From the IMG/VR virus record IMGVR_UViG_3300022876_000002: DNA of 64,000 bases. One strand, given 5' to 3'. Numbering within the stretch: the stretch's first letter is position 1; each line of letters starts with the position of its first letter. The notes under the pieces are model-generated. The model ran no database searches. It saw only the letters and a list, made by a program, of their open reading frames with translations, and was not told where the DNA came from. This document shows positions 17,987-28,300 of the stretch, in pieces. This stretch comes from a virus. Lineage: Duplodnaviria > Caudoviricetes. The position numbers and the translations under genes are program-made.

Positions 17987-18478
17987 TTAAACCTTAGTTG
18001 CTACAAGGCTAACACCAGCGTTCTCTAACTGGCGTTTAGCGTCATTAACGTTATCCATTATCTCTTTAAGCTTGACGAGGTCGCAGCGGTCTTGTGCCGC
18101 CTTACGTGGCTCACGGTCTTTGTGTTTAGCCAGTTTGCGTTTCTGCTTCATCAAGGCCTTTGGGCTATATATCCATATACCCAAATAGTTCATTACATCA
18201 CCGTCGGTGAAGTGTGCGGGGAGGGGGTGGATATCCACCATGCCGTCCCACGCAACTGCCTCACCGAGCAATCCATTGGTAAAGCCTTTGCGCACGCGTT
18301 GCTGATTGAAGAAAGCCGCTGGTACATCTACGTCGATCTCTTGGGTATGTTTGCGCACACCCATCAAGACCATTGCAGCACCAGCACTCAGAATTACGTC
18401 TTTGTAATCCAACCCCATTTCGACACAGAGTTGTTTATAACGACGTACAACAGCATCACGATCTAGGCTCATACACAT
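17987..18478 (-). CDS. Minimal Pol-beta-fold nucleotidyltransferase-like protein
   Basis: LSAGAAMVLMGVRKHTQEIDVDV (E-I-D), third acidic residue in MVDIH. C-terminal KAAQDRCDLVKL. Confidence 0.72.
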   Translation of the reverse strand: MCMSLDRDAVVRRYKQLCVEMGLDYKDVILSAGAAMVLMGVRKHTQEIDVDVPAAFFNQQRVRKGFTNGLLGEAVAWDGMVDIHPLPAHFTDGDVMNYLGIWIYSPKALMKQKRKLAKHKDREPRKAAQDRCDLVKLKEIMDNVNDAKRQLENAGVSLVATKV

Positions 18479-18777
18479 TACCCCAACATGTTTTCGTTCA
18501 TATGACGAATGATGTTTTCGATTGACTGCATATCCGTCGAGGTTACTTGCGGATTAAGACAGGTATAGTTGAGGCCTTTCAAGCCCAAAGAGCAGAAAGA
18601 AACCATTGCCTGGTTAATCCCAAAGAAGTTGATGATGGCGGTTTTAGGGCCATCACCTTGTTGTATTGTGATATATGCAGTACCGGTACCGCCGAACGAC
18701 GGAGTAAGCACACCAGTAGCATCCTGGTTCACACGAACTGGCATTTGCATTGGAATAATTCCCTGTAAGTTGTACAT
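18478..18777 (-). CDS. Hypothetical protein (99 aa)
   Basis: ORF coupled (TAATG) to the downstream gene. Confidence 0.7.
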   Translation of the reverse strand: MYNLQGIIPMQMPVRVNQDATGVLTPSFGGTGTAYITIQQGDGPKTAIINFFGINQAMVSFCSLGLKGLNYTCLNPQVTSTDMQSIENIIRHMNENMLG

Positions 18778-18856
18778 TAAGGCTGGCTACCTAGAAGATG
18801 GCTGGCCCGTTAAACCTAGCAGGGATACGTCAAGGTAATATAGGTTTATAATCCCT

Positions 18857-21325
18857 TTACACGATGACAGCATTGCGGTTAGGTTCACCAGGCATTGTGA
18901 GTCCTTCGTATTTGAAGGCAATGATGTTGGGGTTCTTGAGAATCCCGTACTGACCGAAGTAGTGCGATACCATGAACAGCTGCCGAGGGTTTTTACCCTG
19001 GGTATACTCTTGGATGAAGTTAAAGAACCGACCGCGCTTGATCTCGTCAAACGACACACCGACCTCATCCATAATCAACGGTGGGGTAAAGCCTACGTAA
19101 TCACCGAACACAAAGCGGAACGCCCAGTCGATTACATCGGTTTCCCCTGCCGAGCAGTCCAGGATGTCTGGCGTTGGATCCGCCTCACCTGTAACAACCG
19201 GGAACTTGTAGTTGAGATCCCCGTTCTCTTTACTGCACGGCTTTACATACAACGTGGTGTTCCAGATCTGCTTAATAACTGCGTTGACGTTACCACACAG
19301 TGTATTAATGAAGTCACTCATCAGCTTACCGATGATCCCCTTGTTAGGGCACAAACCGTCTTGCAACACCTCGACGATCTTTAGTCGATGACGCATGCGG
19401 TTGATATCGGCAGTGATGGACTCCACTACAGCAGTTAATGACTTGGCATTAATGATAGACGTGAGGCAAGCGTCTTTGTCGCTAGACAGTTCACTAATCC
19501 ACGAGTCTACTAAGTCACGCAGACTTACATTGGCCTTGTTAGCTATCGACTTAATCAGATCTGTGCGGAGCATGTTCAGCTCTGCCAGGTCTTTCTCATA
19601 GTCAGCGATTGCCTGGAGTTCAGTTGCGTACAGATGAACCTTACGTTTGTAGAAGTTCACTCTACCAGTGGCGCTCAGGAGCTGTCGCTCGAGGTCCAAT
19701 ACGTGGTTAGCAATATCCAAAACGTTGTTCTTGCTTATAAGCTCCAGACGGCCATCTACAAGCGCTTTCTGATCGAACAGGGTCTGTCTATAAGCAACTA
19801 CCGCAGTAAGCCCGCCGTAGGCTAACAGAGCGTTACAGAGGGGTCCATGAGGCAAACGACCTATACCGTACTCACGCACCAGTTCCGTAAGGCACCGCAC
19901 ATTACCATTAGCCCGTACAAAGTTGTACAACTGGTTCATCGAGTTAAACCACTCTGAGTCCTGCTCGATTAGTTCCAGTAGCTTGGCTTGCTTAAGCTCG
20001 CCTTTGGCAATGCGTTCTTTGGTACCTTCGATACTAGCCTGCAGCATGGTGATATCTTTAGGAGAGATCCCCACCTTGAACGTATGCGTGCAGTCAGGAC
20101 ACTCAACGTCACTAGCATTCTGGTAATGCTTGAGCTTGTGTTCCATCTGCTCAAGGTTACCGCGTAGCGTCCGCAAGTGGTTAGCGATCTGCTCACTGTC
20201 CACCAAGTACTGTTTATAAGCTGCACTGGTAATGTCTGGATCTGAGGCGATCACTACACGGCTTAGGTACTCACGGAATTCATCCGCTACATACTCCAGT
20301 CCCGTAAGAACCATTTCCTCGTCACTAAACACCGGTTGAGTTGCCAGTACTGCTTTGAAGTTAGCCATGCTGGTTTCGGTCCGTGCCAAATCCTCGCCGA
20401 GGTCTTTGGCTTGTTCCTCAATGGCACCTGGGTTCTTGATGAGATCATCCATACCCTCCAAGAAGCTCGCGTTCTCTGCGATCGAACCTTTGATCATGTT
20501 AACCTGATCTTGGTACTTGGTAAGGAACCCCTCAGCGGTCAGATGTGCTTGCTCGAGTTCTTCCTTACTGAACTGCACCCCACTCATGTTGTTTACTGTT
20601 AACTTGGTAACCAACAGATTGTGTTTGGCGTTCTTTACCTGTAGCTCAGGATCCAGTACGGCAGCAGCCAACCCACCACGTAATAGCAGACTGGTTTGCA
20701 AGTCTGTGTCAATCTGCTTGATACGACGCTCTAGCTCATCTACCCCACAGTTGTTCAGGGTAGTAAGCTTACGGTTTTCTTCCGTGTGTCGTTCGATCTG
20801 TTTCTTGATCGTGGATTTGAGGTCGTTACGTTCTTGTCGGAGCTTTTGGTAAACCCCCAGTGCATACTCAGTGTCATTTGGATAGATCTGGAGGATCAGT
20901 TCTTTACGCCGGTTAGGAGACATAGCTGACATGCGATCGGTAATTTTCAAACCATTGAGCACACGTATTAAAGCAGCATCCGCTTTACCCAGGTGGTTGT
21001 ACACGAGTTCTTTCTGTGCACTAAACGTACCACCAGTGTTTAACTCTGGACCGTCGTCAATGCGGAAGCTGTGTCCATTACCTACGCCAGTACGAGAATC
21101 CAGTTTATACACTTTCTTGTTTGCGTGCCATTCAACATACTTTCGGCCGTTACGGTAGTTACCGTTCTCAGCCGGTTGGAAATTGAGTTCCCGCAAGATG
21201 CTACTTTTCCCCACGCCATTAGGCGCAATAAAGAGGTTAATCATGGACTGTAGATCCATGTCAACACTCGTAATCCCGCTGGACAATAACGGGATATAGT
21301 TCTCTAAGATCAACCTACCAAGCAT
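18857..21325 (-). CDS. sbcC: SbcC/Rad50-like ABC ATPase (phiKZ gp165-like)
   Basis: Walker A APNGVGKSS, long coiled coils, zinc hook CPDC, signature CSAGETD, Walker B LIMDE, H-loop VSH. ATG at 21325 follows AAGGA. Confidence 0.93.
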   Translation of the reverse strand: MLGRLILENYIPLLSSGITSVDMDLQSMINLFIAPNGVGKSSILRELNFQPAENGNYRNGRKYVEWHANKKVYKLDSRTGVGNGHSFRIDDGPELNTGGTFSAQKELVYNHLGKADAALIRVLNGLKITDRMSAMSPNRRKELILQIYPNDTEYALGVYQKLRQERNDLKSTIKKQIERHTEENRKLTTLNNCGVDELERRIKQIDTDLQTSLLLRGGLAAAVLDPELQVKNAKHNLLVTKLTVNNMSGVQFSKEELEQAHLTAEGFLTKYQDQVNMIKGSIAENASFLEGMDDLIKNPGAIEEQAKDLGEDLARTETSMANFKAVLATQPVFSDEEMVLTGLEYVADEFREYLSRVVIASDPDITSAAYKQYLVDSEQIANHLRTLRGNLEQMEHKLKHYQNASDVECPDCTHTFKVGISPKDITMLQASIEGTKERIAKGELKQAKLLELIEQDSEWFNSMNQLYNFVRANGNVRCLTELVREYGIGRLPHGPLCNALLAYGGLTAVVAYRQTLFDQKALVDGRLELISKNNVLDIANHVLDLERQLLSATGRVNFYKRKVHLYATELQAIADYEKDLAELNMLRTDLIKSIANKANVSLRDLVDSWISELSSDKDACLTSIINAKSLTAVVESITADINRMRHRLKIVEVLQDGLCPNKGIIGKLMSDFINTLCGNVNAVIKQIWNTTLYVKPCSKENGDLNYKFPVVTGEADPTPDILDCSAGETDVIDWAFRFVFGDYVGFTPPLIMDEVGVSFDEIKRGRFFNFIQEYTQGKNPRQLFMVSHYFGQYGILKNPNIIAFKYEGLTMPGEPNRNAVIV

Positions 21326-21372
21326 GGTATAGATTCCTTGACATTTGTCCACTAAAGTATGGGGCTACTAGT

Positions 21373-22371
21373 ATGAGTTTACTGCAGTTCCTTGGGGTGG
21401 GTACAGTAACCGCCACCAAGGATACCGATAGCAACGAAGTCATGGTTTACTGCCCATTTCTTTTCCCGCAAGCAGAAGGCCGTATGTCGGCGAATGCGGA
21501 ACAAGTTGAACGGGTAAGTAAGAACGCCTATAATGAAGAAGTCCGCAGTGTCACTTTAAAGTCCAACAGTATTCCTGCTGTCTGGAAGAAAATGGATGAC
21601 TCCAACCGGATCAGTTCTCCTGACGTACGGGAGGGCACTCCGGTAGCTATTTATCACATTGCTGGCCAGAACCAGTACTACTGGACGCTGGATGGGGTTA
21701 ACCCTAATACGCTCCGTATGGAGACGGTGATGTATGGTTGGAACGCCAACCCTGAGGTCGAAGAAAACGGCGATTACGATGTAGACAACTTCTATATCTT
21801 CGCGATCGACACCCGCAGCGGGCTTGTCCAGTTCCGCACTAGCGAGCGCAATGGTGAAGCCTCCAAGTTTGACATCCAGATCAACACCAAAGACGGTACC
21901 ATTACAATTGGTGCCAAAAACCACAGCATGCTCAACCTGAACGACGTAGACCACTCGTTCACGTATACCAACGAAGAAGGTGCGTTACTTCGCATTGAAA
22001 AGAAAGAGGGTACGTTATACCTGCCAGATAAACTGTCTATCTTTGCAGATAATACGTTCAATCTGAAAACCAAACAGATCAATATCCAGGCTGAGGAAGC
22101 CAACATCGATATCGGTCTCACTCGGTGGAAAGGCAAAGTTGAACGTACTGGTGACACTAGTCAGATCGGTAACTGGGATTTGACTGGTAACTACGAACAA
22201 GTAGGCTTCTACCAACAAGAAGGTGACACTCGTCGTACTGGTAACTCGTATACCTCTGGCTTCGTATGGGGCTTCACTGATGTACGTACTATGACGGTTA
22301 GTCTTAACCTGCACTTGCACGGTGGTGTGCGTGGCGGTGAAGATACTACCAGTGTACCTTTGCCTAGCTGA
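21373..22371 (+). CDS. Baseplate central spike (phiKZ gp164-like)
   Basis: N-terminal OB-like part (PDVREGTPVAIY), beta-helix repeats (TGDTSQIGNWDLTGNYEQVG) and C-terminal LHLHGGV (HxH metal-binding tip of contractile-tail spikes). Confidence 0.8.
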   Translation: MSLLQFLGVGTVTATKDTDSNEVMVYCPFLFPQAEGRMSANAEQVERVSKNAYNEEVRSVTLKSNSIPAVWKKMDDSNRISSPDVREGTPVAIYHIAGQNQYYWTLDGVNPNTLRMETVMYGWNANPEVEENGDYDVDNFYIFAIDTRSGLVQFRTSERNGEASKFDIQINTKDGTITIGAKNHSMLNLNDVDHSFTYTNEEGALLRIEKKEGTLYLPDKLSIFADNTFNLKTKQINIQAEEANIDIGLTRWKGKVERTGDTSQIGNWDLTGNYEQVGFYQQEGDTRRTGNSYTSGFVWGFTDVRTMTVSLNLHLHGGVRGGEDTTSVPLPS

Positions 22372-22381
22372 TATATCCTTA

Positions 22382-22416
22382 ACTACTCCTACCGGCGTAA
22401 AGCCGGTAGGAGTAGT
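22382..22416. terminator. 15-bp inverted repeat between convergent genes
   Basis: actactcctaccggc-gtaaa-gccggtaggagtagt. Confidence 0.75.
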
Positions 22417-22424
22417 ACTGGGGT

Positions 22425-25325
22425 TTAAATGCGGTCGCGTTGAGTGAAGAACTTGTTGGTACCGTTTGCGCCATCGTCGGCGAAGAACGGAATCGCACCA
22501 CCCTGACGAGTAGCACTGATCACATGGTTGTTCAACACGATGTAGCTAGTGTTGGATTCCCAAATGCCGTTCTTGATCATCCCGATCATCACTTCGTTGT
22601 TGGACGATTCCCGCAGAGTCAGCGATGCGTTCACAAGGAACTTCATGCCGGTACGGATAAGGTACAAGTAGTAAGTGAGCGTAGGGTCAACTTGGATCTC
22701 GTAGCTACGGTCAGTTGCGAACGACCGTCCGTTGATCACCATCTTGGTACCCGCCGGGATAACCACAAACCCTACGTCGTTTGGATCGAACGGATCGATC
22801 TGGTCAGCAGGGTTAGCAACGTTGGTGCACAGCGTGTTGAAATCCGTGGCGTTTACCGGATCATACTGCCAGATGCCTTTACCAGGGATATTGAACGCAG
22901 GGTACAACTCATCCACTACGTCAATAGCCGAACTACCAGGGTACAGACGTGCTGGGTTAACAGCAACCATGGCAATCTCAGGCACAGCAGCGTTGAGACC
23001 GGTAATGGTGAAACTGATGTCACCATACAGTTTACCAAACGGACGGTTGATCACCACTGCATAGTTGTTGGTGGCTGTACGATGAATCAACATGTCGGAG
23101 AACTCAGATGTCAAGTTATCCCCAGACTTCGACTCACGGGACAGCCCCGGTACCGCAGTAGCGTCACCCAACAGTGCCGTAACCAGTTTCATGCCACTGC
23201 TGAAGTTCAGCGTAACAATCCCGTTGACGTTGGTGTAGTTGACAATGCCGCCCTCAACCGAACCCAGGCCATCCGAGAGGATGTACAGAGCCTTGTTGTT
23301 AGCTGGCAGCACATACACAGCAAACGAAGGCTTACGCAGGCTGTTGTTGATAGTCGGGCGACGTGTACGAGTACGCTCCAAGAACGCAGGGAGTAACCCT
23401 TTGATCTTGATCTGACTGGCCTTGCTAAGCTGTACTGGGTCACCCAAGATAAGCACGCCGTCGGCGTAGGTGAAACTGCTCACGGATTTGTAGCCATTCG
23501 CCTCAGTGAACACCAGCGGAGTATTCGACACGGAGTTGAGTGTCGTGGTGGTGTAACTCACAATACCGCTTGGGAAAAACTTGAGGTTATTGTTAGTCGT
23601 CACTTCTTCTGGTTGTTTAAGACCAGTCTTAGTGTCGATAACGTTACCCATCAGGTTGTTGGTAGCCCAAGAGATTTCTTTCCATCCGTACTGTGCAGTT
23701 TGCATGTTCAGACCGTATACCAAGTACATAGTCTTTGCTGCTACTTGCGAGATAGGGATAATCCGATCGGGCAACGACGTAAACGGACTGTGACGACCCG
23801 GTACATAGGTGGTCAGTGTCGCTTGGTTCATCGGTACCCGCGGGCGTGGACCTACCATCCACTCCAAGTGGTTAGCAAACGACGACTCGTATTTCTTCAC
23901 CTTGAGGCTGTACTTGGTAGTTTTGGACTTAATTACCGTCCCGTCATCCAAGATCATCCCTGGCGAGTGCACAGTAGAGTTGACATCCCACTGGTCACTT
24001 ACCGTAAAGAACGCAGCACCTACTGGATCAGACTTGTCAGCAGGGATTACATCCGGTGGGGCCTCAGAAACAATACTGATCGCTGCTTTACCACCAGCAC
24101 GTAAAGTACCAGGGATAATCGAAACGATAAAGTTCAAGGTGAGGTATTTGAGTGTTGCGTCTGAATACCGTACGTAGCAACCGATAGCCATGAACAGGTA
24201 AGCTTCACCGTCCTGGATGTTCCACACCAACGAGATGTTGTCAGTGGAGCGGTTACCACCACCGGTTAATGTAGCGCCTGCTGGCAAGGAGATAAACTGA
24301 CCGATGTCTATTGTGAAAGGGTCGTTGGCTGGTTGGTTAACCGCTGCACCTACAAATGGCTTAACCGATGCCATGTAAGTGTTATCCAACAAGTCCACCA
24401 GTGTCGGGTCAGTGTCCGGGGTGTTAACCTTGAAAAACCGCGGTTGTATCGTAACGACGTTACCGGTTCGGCTAGTGGAGACTCCCAGTCCTTTATAAGT
24501 AGCGCCAGCATACCCACGGAACAGCAGGTAAGCAATGGTAGCGTCACCAGCCAGTCCGGTAGTCTGGTTCTTGAAGTCGAAGATCTTTTTCTCCGGCAAC
24601 GGACGGAAGAAGTTTACTGTGCGTGCAGTAGTAGGACCTGCACTACTCCGCCACCCTCTAGGACGATACGTGCTGGAGATATTGCGGATCTCGGTCATGG
24701 GTACTTTGTCAAACGCCCGAGTAGGTCCGCTGAGGAAGCACGTGTTGCGCTGGTAGTTGGCAGTAGCGCGTGTAGTGGTGAACAGCAACCGATCCGAGTC
24801 CAAGAGGATACTTGGGTAAATATCGTTGGTTTCGGCCTTGGTGAAATACCGGGGAATCTCTACTGTACCGGGCAATGTAGTAGGGTAGTTGTTTTGGTAG
24901 TAGTAGGACGACATCTGCAACACGTCGTTCTGCTGGTAAGCCGTTTTGTCGTAAGTACCGGTGTTCTCGGTTACTGCTTGCTTGGCACCCTGCACCGTTA
25001 CAAAAGCATCTACGTCAGCGAAGGCTAACTGTTGTGCCAAGGTGGCTGCAGGGAAGTTATCCTTATTGCCAAGCCCTACGGTGGCTTTGTTTTCGCCATG
25101 CACAGGACCACGTGCGTTGATGTGCTCATCCATTGGCACTACTACTTCCTGAATGAACGAGTTCAGCGCGTCGGTAAAGCCTTGTAACTTAGCACTGGTG
25201 TCGCCGGAGAAGTTCTTGGTTTTCTCCTCCACGAAAAACGTGAGTTCGTTCATTTTCTCGATGACCCCACCGAACCGGGGGTTGGGGTCTTCGCTGAACG
25301 GTTGTGCTTCGTCAAATGTAAGCAT
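22425..25325 (-). CDS. Tail fibre / baseplate fibre paralogue (~966 aa)
   Basis: ATG at 25325 follows AGGAG (track start 25421 overlaps the neighbour). HINARGPVHGENKATVGLGNKDNF motif; C-terminal RQGGAIP shared with the family. Confidence 0.8.
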   Translation of the reverse strand: MLTFDEAQPFSEDPNPRFGGVIEKMNELTFFVEEKTKNFSGDTSAKLQGFTDALNSFIQEVVVPMDEHINARGPVHGENKATVGLGNKDNFPAATLAQQLAFADVDAFVTVQGAKQAVTENTGTYDKTAYQQNDVLQMSSYYYQNNYPTTLPGTVEIPRYFTKAETNDIYPSILLDSDRLLFTTTRATANYQRNTCFLSGPTRAFDKVPMTEIRNISSTYRPRGWRSSAGPTTARTVNFFRPLPEKKIFDFKNQTTGLAGDATIAYLLFRGYAGATYKGLGVSTSRTGNVVTIQPRFFKVNTPDTDPTLVDLLDNTYMASVKPFVGAAVNQPANDPFTIDIGQFISLPAGATLTGGGNRSTDNISLVWNIQDGEAYLFMAIGCYVRYSDATLKYLTLNFIVSIIPGTLRAGGKAAISIVSEAPPDVIPADKSDPVGAAFFTVSDQWDVNSTVHSPGMILDDGTVIKSKTTKYSLKVKKYESSFANHLEWMVGPRPRVPMNQATLTTYVPGRHSPFTSLPDRIIPISQVAAKTMYLVYGLNMQTAQYGWKEISWATNNLMGNVIDTKTGLKQPEEVTTNNNLKFFPSGIVSYTTTTLNSVSNTPLVFTEANGYKSVSSFTYADGVLILGDPVQLSKASQIKIKGLLPAFLERTRTRRPTINNSLRKPSFAVYVLPANNKALYILSDGLGSVEGGIVNYTNVNGIVTLNFSSGMKLVTALLGDATAVPGLSRESKSGDNLTSEFSDMLIHRTATNNYAVVINRPFGKLYGDISFTITGLNAAVPEIAMVAVNPARLYPGSSAIDVVDELYPAFNIPGKGIWQYDPVNATDFNTLCTNVANPADQIDPFDPNDVGFVVIPAGTKMVINGRSFATDRSYEIQVDPTLTYYLYLIRTGMKFLVNASLTLRESSNNEVMIGMIKNGIWESNTSYIVLNNHVISATRQGGAIPFFADDGANGTNKFFTQRDRI

Positions 25326-25374
25326 TCCCAGCTCCTGCAAATAAACTAGGTGCTGTACAAGCCACCTAGCTGGG

Positions 25375-28300
25375 TTAAGGTAAGAGTTCGCTTTGCTTAA
25401 GGAACACAAAGTCGCCGTCAACTTGTGGCTGGCCAGAGCTGACAGGAATGATCCCTCCCTTACGGTAGGAACTCAACTCGAGGTCACCAATCAAGAATGG
25501 TTGGAAACGTTCGATCGTCAGGATCTGTGTAGCACTTGTGGTAATCGTCGCCACATGCATACGTCGAGCGGAATGACGTAGCTTGGTATCAGAGATCAAG
25601 TAACGCCCCCGACGGTCCTCCAAGGTAACGTAAACGTAGAACGTTTTGTTGTATGGGGCTGAGTCGATATCCCGTAGGTCAATGCTGGTACCAGGAACAC
25701 TGTAAGGTGTGCCGTTTACCATCATGGTTACACCGTCTTGGAAGAACACGGTCCACCCTACCGCTGGATAGCCAGTAGGACCCATGTAGATGTCTACCGA
25801 GTTATCTGGGTTTGTCCTGCTGAAGACCCTACCTACACCACCAGTTGCCTCATAAGGTGGGATGGTGGTAGAGAAGGCTAACGTGCCGTTCTCTGTAGTG
25901 GTCCCGCCAACCCGGAAATCAGCAAGGCCGACTTTAGGAATGGGCACAGTCAAGTCACCTGGACTCCACCCTACACTGTGTGCCGTCATGGCCTCGAACT
26001 TGTTGGTCGTCGTGTTAATGACGAAGTACGAAGTTTGACGAGTGTAAATGGTACCGACCGAGTTAGTGCTGTACGGGAGAATGGAGAACCCTTGGATCAG
26101 GTTACCATCACGGTACATCTGCAGCGAACTCTGTGTCACAGCCCCTGGGATAACCAGTTGTTGTTCGGCCACCCGTACGTTAGCAGCAGACCGGTGTGCC
26201 GCTGACCGATCCAACTCAGTAATGTCTTTCAACAAATACACGTCAGGGTGATCAGCATTAGGGTTTTCTATGACCGGGCGGAACAGTACATGGATCAACC
26301 GCATGAAGGCTTTACTAGGGTCAGAGAACGAGATAATCGCCACACCCAAGTTAAGACCTTTGAATGCTCCTCCGGCGACATCTTGGAGCAGACTGATCGA
26401 AACACTCCATGGCAGGTAATCCGTATACTCAGCAGGGATCATTGCCTTGAACTTATCTAACAGATCCTGACGGCAACCGTAGAAAGTATCTGCTTTATAA
26501 GTAACCCGCTTAGCTGCTGTCTCGATGGTCTTCGAATGTGTGCGTGGGCACGAGAGGACCATGTTGTTCGCGGCAGGTGGTTTAAACAAGGCAGCACGGG
26601 GGAACAGATGTCTAGCTCCCATGCTGCTGTAACCCATGTACGAGAAAGACGTACTACCACACTCGGTATTACCTGCGGTCAACACAGCCGCAGACCCGCT
26701 CATGCCGATCGGTGGATCCTCATAAGTGAGGTTGGTGTTGAACACGTCGTTGGTTAATGGGCGAGACCGTACGTTGCTGTAGGTCAAGTTAGTTAACTCT
26801 GGACGTACCGCGTATGGACCAGTAACCGTGCGGAAAAACACCTTACGGTTGTTAGCAGCAAGGTCCTGTGCCATGTAGAGCTCGCCATCATCCTCGTATG
26901 TAGCGCGAGACGGAGTGGTACCACTGAGCAATGGAGACATAACTACTGGTACAACGTTCCTGGATACAGCAAGCGGGGCTGCTACCTTGTCCATGGGTTT
27001 GGTCATTACATCCGCACCGCTTACCCGGTCTGCGTAAATACAAACCGTCAAGGACCGTGGGAAATTCAAACCACTACCAGAAGTAGAGATCAGAATGTCC
27101 CCGTTATCCAGGATAGTCACCGAGGCGGTAGAGTTCTGGATAACAGCGTTGTAGAACTGACGATAGAACCGTTGCGACTGTGCGTCGCGTTGTGCCTGAG
27201 TGAGGTTAACGAAATCAACCTCGTTAGTAGGCGGTCGTGACGTTTCGATCAATGCCCCAGTAACTGGGTTGAGCTGGTAGGCTATTGAATACTCACCTTG
27301 AGCAGTTGCCTGCGCACCATTCACCAAACGAGAGGCGTTGGCATACATGATGAAGCAGATATACCCTAGGGCTGAGTTGGTGGCGTGCTTAGCAGCAAAG
27401 CACCCAGTACGGCCGTTCTTGTTAACCGCTGTTGCTGGTTGCAGGAACGTGGTAGGACCTACACGCTTGTAGCCAGCCTCAGGAGCAGCGCTCTGCCAAA
27501 CCCACGGACGATACGAGTCAGCATTGGTGTATTGCACACCATCGTAGTCCTTGTAGGTAACAGGCATGTGTACCCAAGTCGCATCAGAGGCGTTGGCCAA
27601 GGCAGACAATGGACACTTAAAGAAAGTACTGAGTTCGTTAATCCCAGCCCCGTTACCAATATGCAGGATGGCGTAGTCACCGACACGCAGGATGTTGGTA
27701 CGTGATTCGTTATCCTTGTAAGTAGTGCCTACCTTAGCCCAAACCGCAGTCATGTCCATTTTCACGAACTGATGGGCACTAGCCTCCAAAGTACCGTTAG
27801 CCAGTGCCAGGTAATACTCACTGGTAATCAGATCAGCTACCATTATCAGATCCGTGTTACTACCAGCGATTACCGTGGTAGGGGTAAAGCCACGCGAACT
27901 TAAAGAAGGTGCGTCATACTTAAAGCCAGTAAACACGATGTTGGCTTTGGTGGTGTCGTATTCCGTGCAATACGAGTAGTACAAACCAGCGTTACGTCCG
28001 TCGTTGTGCGCAGTTACCATCATCAGTAACCCGCTCTTTTCCAGAACGATAGCCGACGACACAGACAACCCACCTAAGCCTTCGAACGAACCACTGATAT
28101 TTGGTGGAATATAGGAATCCCCACCGTAACGACTGATAGGCATCACACCCATGTCCATCGAGTCATCAGTGTTTAACGTCGTGTCACCGATCATTGCCAT
28201 TACACCTTCCGGTGTAGCTAACAGATTGGCTGCGGTACCCACAACGTGATCCGCCAGGTTGCCGGTGGCGTAGTTGGGGTGTTTGTCCATTTCCGCCATG

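Noticed and set aside
18781-18856. Intergenic gap after sbcC as another hairpin-family member
   Set aside because: Only short, imperfect pairing could be found.
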